64,000 bases of DNA from Trichoplax adhaerens. Its lineage: Eukaryota; Animalia; Placozoa. The translations under genes and the position numbers were made by a program. Shown here piece after piece: positions 41,801-51,815 of this stretch. The notes under the pieces were generated by a model. The model searched no databases. It saw only the letters and a list, made by a program, of their open reading frames with translations, and had not been told where the DNA came from. Numbering within the stretch: the first letter of the stretch is position 1; the number at the start of each line of letters is the position of its first letter. The stretch covers positions 496,001-560,000 of the forward strand of contig NW_002060967.1 in the NCBI RefSeq assembly GCF_000150275.1. Reading direction: 5' to 3'.

Positions 41801-44800
41801 TCGATGCCTGATGGATAAAAAAGGAATAGTTTAGAAAAGATATGTAATCTTAAAAATGTCGCAATAAAGCGAATAAATACTGCAGAAGTTACTTCGAATT
41901 TCTGAATTAAATTTTCATTGTTGGATTTTTCTTCTTGCAATTGAGTCTCTAGCTCGTTTATTTTTACTTGAAACTGTTCTGTTTGTGACTGATAATAAAG
42001 ATGTAGACTTTAATTAAGAAAGTTAATTTCCCTTATACAGTAAGCGTAAACATTTACTGGATCATTTCAAGAATATATGAAATGATAGTGAAAATGCAAC
42101 TACAATAGAAATTGAGAAGATTTGCTTACTTTACTGTCTTCAATCATTCGATTATACTTTTTATGTAAATTCTTTAAGTGGTTTTCACTTTGCTGTAGTC
42201 TATGGTTGCAACTCTGCAAGTATTTATTAAATTTTATTCAGTGATGAAGATATGGTAATATTTAATTGTAATGGAAAATTTTAATTTTCAGTAATTATTC
42301 ATTGATGTGATAGGCAATTGATAAACAATTTAAAATTTTTTGTTAATGTAATATGCCGATTGGAACATTGTTTATAGTTTGGTCGAATGCTTAGAGTAAC
42401 TAGATAAATTGCTATGTTAGCTTACATTAAGTTCTTCCCTTAGATTTTTATTTTCTGCCACCGCCTGATCTTGTTGTTTGATGAGGTCTTCATAATTATC
42501 AGAATGGCTCTGCTGTTGTTTAGTTAAGGCTTCATTTTTTTCACTTAATATATTAATTTCCTTCGTGATCACATCATTACTATCTTGAAGCTTTTTATTA
42601 GCGGTTTCCAATTCGTTCACTTGAATCGTTAGCGCTATGAAAACCGTATAGTGGGATTTAAAGCTATCGTTAATTATTATTACAATAAAATGCGATCTCT
42701 TCTATAATCATTGTGCCAATAAAACTTGATCGTGTAACAGTAAAGACGACTAAATATAATTATAGACCTTTTAAATAAGACTATCTATATGTAGTTTATA
42801 TCGGTAAAATACTAGTCTCTGATATCTCCACAAGCGCAATAAAACATGACTACGTGATAGAATATGATAACACCTAAATAGCACACCATTCGTCGATATC
42901 GACTTTGATACTTATAGTAGAGCAACACTACTTTCTATTAGTTAAAATAGGATAGTCAGTAAACGAGATATTGTACTAGCTAAAATGGGAACGAACAAGC
43001 GTTAGCGCAAGCGTCTAACATGCTCGTTCCTAGTATATTTTACCATAATTGATTACTAAGGTACATTATGTTACCATAATTCAATACTGTAAGTTTAGTT
43101 GATGTAAATTTTGTTATAGCAATTATTAAATAATAATGTTCGATTTATTTACCGTCAGCAGTAAATTTCAGCTTCTTCTTGCTAGTGACTTGCTTTTTAA
43201 TATATTGTATTAATTCTTCTCGCGATAGGGTATCCAGCTATATATGTTTGTATTTCAGAAATGTAAGTATCAGGACTGCGATATACTCCTTAATATTAAT
43301 GGTGTTCTAGTGCAATACTATGTACAAGTATCAATTATATTGTTTGTATCGTGAACAAAACATAATAATTCATAACTAAAAGAGATTAATTTATCCTAAC
43401 TAGAACTTATAAATACGCCGATTGAAATCGATTGGATAAAGCAATTTGTATTATATACTATCTTCGCATGGTTCAGAAACTAGTTTCACTTTTTTAATTT
43501 ACATTACGTAAGATACACGTAACTGCTTGCAAAAATTGTTAGAGATATGGAAAAAGTAGTTCGATAACATCATCTATAAATATCAAGTACAAATAATAAT
43601 GTCTTTAAATTAATACATCTATTACGTTGATATGTTATTGCGGCCTGTAACAAAAGATGTTGGCTTGATTTAATTCAATACACGGGTATCTTGCGGTATA
43701 AATTCTTTATAACTACAATACTGTTAGGGCTGTTTTTGCAAATACAGTATTTTAAAAATGGTTATACATTTACATTACGGTTACTATTAGCGTCGGTCCT
43801 ATACATTTTATGACGTTTTATCGTCATTCAGTTTTTTTAATAAATCTTGATTGAAAAAGTGATAAGATTTGAAATTTGAGGTAGTCTACTATTATATTTA
43901 ACAGTAATCAAGTAGAACAGTTGCTAATAAGGACCGCTATTTTACCGTGCTTCTGGCAGGAGTTGTTCCTCCACTTGAGCTATTGTTGCGGCTACTACCA
44001 GTCCTTTTATTGTCAACTTCATTTTCGTTGTTGCTCTAAAACAGTTAGATAGGTAAATTTTAAATCGATAAAATTTTAATTACCTATTTCTCGGATAATA
44101 TTAGTTGTACTGTAGAGTAGATTATATTCCTATATGGTAATGTAATGTCTTCATTTACCGATAGCGATATCTACTTTATTCAGAGTCTAAATTTTGGTTT
44201 CCCCTTTCCGGGCAAATTGATATAATATGATACGAGAGAATTGTTTAAGTTGTATATGGAATAGGTACTAGCAAGGAGTGCCATGGGCTACAAAGGTGTA
44301 AAGAAAATCCTTAACAATGTTACTGGAATCATGTCATATATCATGATGAATGTAATACAGCGACGTGCACTACATAAAAATATAGATGAAAGAATGGATA
44401 TTGTGTTTGTGCCCGATTTCAATTAGTCTTATTTGCCGATCAATTAATTTGAAGATTTACAGTACATTGTAATTCATTTACAGTCAACAACCATTCTCTT
44501 AACAGTTCAACTGATACATTAATTAAGGCATAATAGGCAAATTTTGGGTTGAGAATTCCGTTACAGTCTATAATAACTGAATACGTTTCCCATTTCGTAA
44601 ACTGTACAAGCAATAAATTCCTAGCCATTCTGCTATTATTATCTTGACATAATGATATATATATTTACTATCTATCATTAAACTGTACAGTTTTCAAACT
44701 TTCAATCTAATTGAGGTTAATACTGCAATGTATAGTAAAAATACCGTATCTGTGCAATACGTCCTACCCAATCCATAAAGTTTGGTTTCACTTTTCAACA

Positions 44801-47501
44801 GCATTACTGTAATGCAATCAACTCGATATGTTATCGACAACGTAAAACTCTTGTTGATATTATCAGTAATCGATTTCTAACTTTACAACAGAAGTACAGT
44901 AAGAGGCGAAGGTAGATCTTATCATAAAATGTATTTCCTCATCATTAATTCATTTCTTAAATAATAATCATCTAGCTCTCAAAAAGTCACTAGTGGTACT
45001 GCCGACAATGTCAATAATACCATTGCATGCTTTCAAATTGTTTTTTTAAAGATCCATTTCCGACGAAGACGAGATCATCAAAAATGCAAGTCAATAATCG
45101 TTCAACAATGTTTCTTCCTTGACTAATGTAATTTGTAACTGAATAAGATTTATTACAAAATGTTTTATGTTCATAAAAAATTTAATTTCGTCTTCAAGCT
45201 GATCTTAAAGGGTGAAATAAATATGAAAAGTAAGAGTTATCAGATATGGCCAAAGTCGAACGATTGGCCATACCTACCATTCGCATGTTAAAAATAATAA
45301 GAAAATGTGGCTATTTATGATCTGTCCAATAAATCTTTCAGCTTATATAAACTTATAGCAAGAGTAATTGTGGAAGTAGTCCTACATTCCGTCAATGTTG
45401 TATGGAGATTGTTACTGGCTAACTTGACTAAAAGGATCCTTTTAGTGGTAACCGTTTTACAACACAAGTAGTAGTACCGTACGGATATCTGTTATGTTAT
45501 GAACCTATTGAGTACATTCCTTGTTCGCTTGTTTCCGATGTGAATTCAACGATAGTAAGTCAGAGTCGACGTGGTATAGGTTATGTAGATTGTGAAAACT
45601 ACCTTGCATGGTATCTAATTTTATCACACAAATAAGGATGTGTACGTCTTGGATGACAACATTAGTCGGTATCTTCTTCTGAATGTGTCTCTCTTTTATG
45701 ACAACATTAGTCGGTATCTTCTTCTTAATGTGTACCTCTTTAGTGACAACATTAGTCGGCATCTTCTTCTTAATGTGTACCTCTTTTATAACAACATTAG
45801 TCGATGTCTTCTTCATGTGTACCTCATCCATGACAATACTAATCGATATCTTCTTGTTCGTTTGTTTCGAATGTAGGTTGAATTACAGCAAGGAACCATG
45901 TTCCATACCGTCCTTTCGATTTTAATATCATGTACTGTACAGGGCTGATTTTAAACTGGTTTATTGCAGATGTTATCAAGGGCCAACTTGAACTACATGG
46001 ATGTTACCGTAAGTCTTTTGTAACTGAGCTTGTTTTGGACGTGAATTGCAGCAAGAATTCATGTTATACATAATAATCAAGATTTTGATGTTGTGTATAG
46101 TACTGATTTTAGACTCATTAGGCTAACTTGAGCTACATGCACGCTGAACGAATGGTGTCCCATTTCATAACCAGTAAAATGATATGTCTATCAACTATGA
46201 CTTCATCAATCGATATCCTCTTAGCTTGTTTTAAACATGATTGGAATTGTAGCAAGAGTCTATACTACATTCAATACTCAACCTGTTAATGGCATAGACA
46301 TGATTGATTTAGACATAGGGAATGATATGGCCTATTAACTATGACTCCATGAATCGATATCTTCTTTAGCTTGTTTTGGACGTGATTTGAGTTGCTGCAA
46401 GAGTCTAGTTGTCTATTCAAATGTAGAATGTTGATGGCATTTCCCGGAGTGATTTTAGACTCGTTTATAGAGGATATTTGTCATGGGTTAACTTAAACCA
46501 CATGAGTGCTATCATTATTTCATTCTAAAATTTATGCTATGTCCATGTTGGATATCCATTCAGATAGAGTCGATGTTGTCTACGACACTGGCGACTTTTG
46601 TCAACTACGTCTTACCATGTTGACGATATTGGTCATTGGGCAAGATGTCACTCTGTCTATTTTCTCGTGATACTGTATATCGAATCTACTTCATAAGGAA
46701 TCCTAGCCTATTTTACGTTTATTTGGAGTGATGTTGATTTTTTTCTCCATTCTGTTACGACATCGATTGATTAATTCAAGTCAAATACCGTGAGGGATGG
46801 ACTATCGGGTATTTCCAGTATTTACTCGTCTATGAAATGGTATACAATGTGGGCAAGTATGGATTCTACTAGGGCTAAGTGAACTTTTCAATCATTCATC
46901 CTGGTGCATGATGACATTGATGATTACGTTTCATTTTCTTCTTATTTATGGCCATAACGATCATTTTATACAAGTTTGAACGGTATCCTTGTCGATTTTA
47001 CTCCTCTTTGACTAGTGGAGTGCCTTGTTTCTATTCAGTGAAAGTGCAATTTTTTTTGTTTTTCATTGGGCTCAATGAATTGATCCACTGAAAGGATCGA
47101 GAATGTTGGTCAAGTGTAACTTCATAGACTGTCTACTTAGTACTATTTCATTGCATTACTTTGCTAGGGACTCATGGCTCTATTAGTACAAGGTTTTGAA
47201 GGTGTTTTCATGCTGGGAGAACAGAATAGACAGGAGAGAAATGGAAGTGAGTATTGAATGAAATCAAGTCTGTAAACATGGTGCGTCCGACTTAGTAAGG
47301 GGTTTTTACTCATTCATCGACCTGACTACCATCCTTTCTCATGCACTAAACTAACAAAATAAGTAGACTTTATTCCACATGCAACAACAGTCAAGATCGC
47401 TCTTGATCCTGCAGGTCAATAAGATGAAAATAGCCATGGATTAACATTGCAATAGCTACCTTTTCTTGTCCAGAAGGTGGTTCTTTGCCAGCATCCGCCA
47501 T
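32890..47501 (-). CDS. GCC2: GRIP and coiled-coil domain golgin (GCC185), multi-exon
   Basis: First exons are 47501-47460 (MADAGKEPPSGQEK), 44035-43946 (..GGTTPARST) and about 43217-43153 (LDTLSREELIQYIKKQ, compare human LETLPKEDLIKFAKKQ). Long heptad-rich exons follow, including EYESYKVRVHSVLKSQK (human EFESYKVRVHNVLKQQK). The C-terminal GRIP domain reads NLEYLKNIILKFV..EKEQLIPVLTTLLKLTHDEK; the protein ends GFLSRWK* at 32892-32890. Confidence 0.92.
39955..42125. repeat. Near-identical tandem duplication (offset 1152-1153 bp) of five GCC2 coding exons
   Basis: Copy A 39955-about 40970, copy B 41108-about 42125. ORF-track entries 40031 and 41184 translate identically; 40561 and 41713 are nearly identical. 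Confidence 0.97.
45638..45855. repeat. 45-bp minisatellite, about 5 copies, in GCC2 intron 1
   Basis: Unit approximately ATGTGTACCTCTTTTATGACAACATTAGTCGGTATCTTCTTCTTA, starting at 45638, 45683, 45728, 45773 and 45815. Confidence 0.93.
45850..46500. repeat. Decayed repeats of about 150-200 bp next to the minisatellite
   Basis: CTTGTTTT..(C/T)GTGA..TTG.AGCAAG-type anchors at about 45860, 46030, 46225 and 46370, plus GATTTTAGACTC and AATCGATATC repeats. Confidence 0.6.
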
Positions 47502-47606
47502 GATGGCTGGTGTCCAGTGCTGTACCTGTCATGCAATTCGACTGACACTCCAGTACTGAGTGACTCGCGTTCGCTTCACTTCGCTAGGCACAACAATCAT
47601 CCTGCT

Positions 47607-47755
47607 GGTACCGTACCGTACTGTACAATGCACTCTGTCATTTGTGTACTGTACACTGTACTGTACTGTACTGTACAGTGTACAGTACAGTATGACGTCT
47701 ACACGTTAATATACTGTACAGTACAGTACTGTACACTGTATGTACAGTCCAGTAA
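47607..47755. repeat. (CTGTA)n/(TACAG)n self-complementary cluster in the GCC2/TRAPPC1 divergent promoter
   Basis: GTACTGTACACTGTACTGTACTGTACTGTACAGTGTACAGTACAGTA... with inverted arms GTACTGTACACTGTAC and GTACAGTGTACAGTAC. Confidence 0.85.
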
Positions 47756-48457
47756 TAATGCACTGGAGTGACCACCGCGGTGGGTGTGAGCCCTGCAAAT
47801 TCCAACGCGTCAACGTGGTAGAATGATGTCACAGTCGACAGTCGGCCGCAGATGCTTGACAATGAAGAGACATGACAAGTCCTAGCTACCGTACCGTCCG
47901 TAAATATGCAGTGTCTGACTGTCTGCTGCCGTCTTGATCAAAAACGATGTCATCCCTATCAACATATCCAATGTGATAGTAAACAGGATGGTCGGGCCAG
48001 GGAAGCAAGCCAGTGTATGACATTCTTTTTACGCACTATCACTCATTCTATCAGGGAATTGGCTAGCAACATGGAGCATCACTAGCAAAAATAATGTCGT
48101 AATACGGCCTACAAATTAAACTAGCAAAATCGCTATGGGTGACATCATTTTTGTACTGGTAGGAGGCACAAGAGTACCAGTACTGTAACCGTCCCAGACT
48201 GCATGTCACATGATCGTACCCGTCACCACAGCTAGGTTGACGTCCAGTTGAGTTGAGCCTCCTCTGATATCCTTGGTAACTGGACGCCATTTTTGCTCCT
48301 TGTTCAATGTCTTGCAACTATTGCTGGAAAAAAAAACACTCTTGGTTAGCGCTATAGACGACCGTTCAAGACTTCATAAAGCTGTAGAAAACAGATAGTT
48401 CAATCAATTTAGTGAAGAACATCAAGTTAAGCTTGTAGTGGAGTTGGTGGTGCAGTT

Positions 48458-50896
48458 ATGGCCATTTATGATTTTTACATTTTCCATCGAGAAGGTACTT
48501 GCATCTATTACTGCCAATGGCACGGCAAGAAACCGCCATCGCCGTCGGTGACAGAGGTAAATGCAGTATGGATAATGTAATATTGATGCTTTAGCCTCTA
48601 GTTGAACTCTTCAGCCATAGCGAGTTGGTGATAAGACACGTCAGATCAGCGACATACTAAATACGAAGAGCAAATGCATTGGCCAACTTTTGACACCGTT
48701 AGACGTATTACTATAAAAGTGTCGCTTAGCATGTTCTACTAGGAGTACAGTAATAAGATGATTGGAAAACGACTAACGCTAGAACAACTGGTAGTGAGTG
48801 GAAGGGAATGATAGAAAGCAATCTACTGTACTGTGTTGGGCAAGATTTTCAACATTTACCCTGCCTTTCCCAGCCAGATAAAGTCTTTTACTGCTATTGC
48901 CTGGCCGGTAGAAAATACTTTAAAATAAAATAAATAAAATGAACCGAGATACTGTAAGTGGTACATCGACCATACTGCAAAGACTCCTATAGTATGCCTA
49001 CTCATATACAACATTGTATAGAAATTGTATATTGTAGCTACTTTGAAATCGAGAATGATCACATCAGATTGGTCTAGTTCCACAGATTGCAATGGAGTAG
49101 AAATCATTTCTCTAGTTTTTCTGGGGGGTTTCTAAGGGTACTGTGGCTACATTTAGGAAGACGCATCTGCAGCCTTAGAAGAACGGCAAATCTAAAATAT
49201 TGGGATCTACATGGAGAAGACATACTTGTACACTTGAACTAGCCAAGATTGCGTTTTACATAGTAAATTATAGTGTAGCTACTAGTTCCACAGATTACCA
49301 ATGGAGTACAGTAGAGATTATTTCTCTAGTTCCTCTAAAAGGTCTGTAGAGTACAGTAGCTACATTCAGGAATGACGTATTTGCAGTCACAGGAGAAGAA
49401 CAAAATCCAAATGTTAGAATCGACATTGAGAAGACATACTGTACAACTGCTACATTTGACGAGGCAAGATCACATTTTAGATAGTGAATTATGTTGTAGC
49501 TACAGTTATAAGATAACAATAAAGTGGATCAACAATCAAGTTCGATGGCTAATCGACCACATCGGATTCGTCTACTTTCACAGATTGCGAATGGAGTACA
49601 GTAGCCACATTTAGGAAAACGCATCTGTAGTCACAGGAGACAGGAATTTCAAATGTAGGGATCGACGCAGAGAAGATGTACTGTATCACTCTGACACTTG
49701 AACTAAGCAAGATCGTATTTTAGATGGTCAATTGTATTGTAGTTGTCTGTCTCCTTAAAATCGAGCGACTACATCATCTACATTATCACAGATTGAAAAT
49801 AGAGCACTGTAGCTATAATGCAAACCTACAGTCACAAGACACGAATTGATAATATCGTCAAAATCAATAAAACAATCAATCACCAGTGTCACGACAATAC
49901 GGCAATATAGAATAGATAAACTTTAATGTCAAATTGGCTAAGCTATGGCCTTGAAAGATAATTATTATAAAACTACTGTGCATACTGTCTCTGCTTTCTC
50001 ATCTGCATTGCTCAATCGAATGCATTTCAGGAGCATCCTGAAACAATTGAAATAAAATTCACATTATTAAATTTTACATCTTTCTTCAACAGCATAATTG
50101 CAAGCTGATGTATGGTTTACTCTACTCACTGAAATCATTCGTACTTCGAATCTCACCCACGGATGGGTAAGTTAGTGCTACTTATTCCTCGATCGATAAA
50201 AGATACTCGTGTAGATATATATATACAGTACTGTAGTACTAGAATTTGTTATATCTACCTGAAATATAACGGTACTATTGTAATAGTCACTGCAAATTAA
50301 AAAAAAATTCAGCTACTTTGTAACATAACAAAATTAAGGAAAACCAATTTCCATGTTAACACATTAAACTTTGATGTGTATGTAATTGAAATATTTTTTA
50401 TTAGTATAGCAACTAGACGAAAAAATAGAATCACCTTAATTTGTGTGCATTTTAATTCTTACATCATTTAGCAAGGATCAATTTTCCAGTTACCGGACTA
50501 GTAAGTATAAGTTAAATTATTATGAAACTCCAAGTGGAATAAAGTTTGTCATGACTACCGATTTGGGTGTTGGTAATATTAAAGATATTATGAAAAGTAT
50601 ATACAGAAAGGTAAATCAATTATACAATTGAATAAACACATTAACTTCAGAATAAATATAGAATAGGATAAACTACCATTCCTAAGTGATAGATCTGGAT
50701 ACGTAATGCCATTTGGCTATGTCCTATATATTATACATAATAGCTGAATTTTGTTTCTCTCTTATTTTAGATTTATGTGGAATATCTAGTCAAGAATCCA
50801 TTTATTGATGTATCAAAGCCGGTTTCTAGTGAATTATTTGTTTCTAAACTAGATGCTTATGTAAAAGAATTACCCTTTTTTGAACCCAAACAATGA
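48458..50896 (+). CDS. TRAPPC1: Trafficking protein particle complex subunit 1 (Bet5, longin/sybindin fold), 4 exons
   Basis: Exons 48458-48556, 50093-50166, 50472-50610 and 50771-50896 give MAIYDFYIFHREGTCIYYCQW..KLMYGLLYSLKSFVLRISP..YRTSKYKLNYYETPSGIKFVMTTD..IYVEYLVKNP..SELFVSKLDAYVKELPFF. Confidence 0.96.
49010..49830. repeat. Diverged tandem repeats of about 210-290 bp in TRAPPC1 intron 1
   Basis: CACAGATT..AATGGAGTA-type anchors at 49081, 49289, 49579 and 49787; shared GAGAAGA(C/T)..ACTG/ACTTG and ACTTGAACTA segments. Confidence 0.8.
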
Positions 50897-51815
50897 AATT
50901 GGCCTCTACAGTAGTGGTTTGAGAGTAGCATCAATTTAATGATATTGCAATATATCTTTGAGAGAGAAAAGAGGATAGACTCCAATAATACTATGTACTG
51001 TATCACACTATGTATCTGCTCTAGGACGCTATCCATTTTTGATGTATTAAAGTTGGAATTACTACTTTGAAGCCTTGTAGACGCATACAGTATTTGAGCA
51101 CTAAAGTGATTTATTCCAAGCTTGTTACAATAATTGTCGTAGTAGAAAGATTGGTAATTTGAATGTGCACATTGCTGTGTTTTTAATGGATAGAATGGGA
51201 CTGATCAAGTGGGTATACATTGTATTAGCATGTTCAATGGTGTTGTATAGTTATCTGATGAATGCATCAACAACACAAATGCTTGTGTGTGCGTTCAGTA
51301 AGCTGTTTACTGTGAAAAACCTTCATTTTAAATTTTGTACAGTATAGTAAAATGAATATACTAAGTTAAGATACGAAAATTGTTTGTTATGATGTTTTAC
51401 GTAGAATATAAGGTGTAATTTTAATTGTTTATTGATATTCACCAAACGACTAGTTTGAACAATTATTATACATTGTAAAATAACATTTGGCTAATTTCAA
51501 AGCAAGTTTACACAAATTTTCCAGCGCTGTAATGAACAAAAGTAGAAATACTTTTAAGTGTAATCATACTGCGCTGGGTAGCTTAAAATAAGTATGAATT
51601 AATTATATGATGTTCTGTTGATACTTTTTTACAATAAAGTATACTATCAGATAAGGTAAATAAAATCTTGACATAGTCTATGTACAGTTGAATTTGTCAT
51701 TACGATAAAACGTGGTTTCAATCCGGCTTGCTAATCCGATGGCACAGTTGCCTTGATTGCAAAAGACAGAGTGCTAGAAATCATAAATTAAAATTAGCTA
51801 CTGCTGTAGGGAAAA

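Noticed and set aside
45505-45925. Three overlapping ORFs with 15-aa repeats
   Set aside because: They arise from a stop-free 45-bp minisatellite inside GCC2 intron 1; no recognisable protein or convincing splice context.
48063-48317. Minus-strand ORF MASSYQGYQRR... with an AAAATGGCG start
   Set aside because: No recognisable homology and it sits inside a divergent promoter. The motif is better explained as a YY1-like site, though a uORF cannot be excluded.
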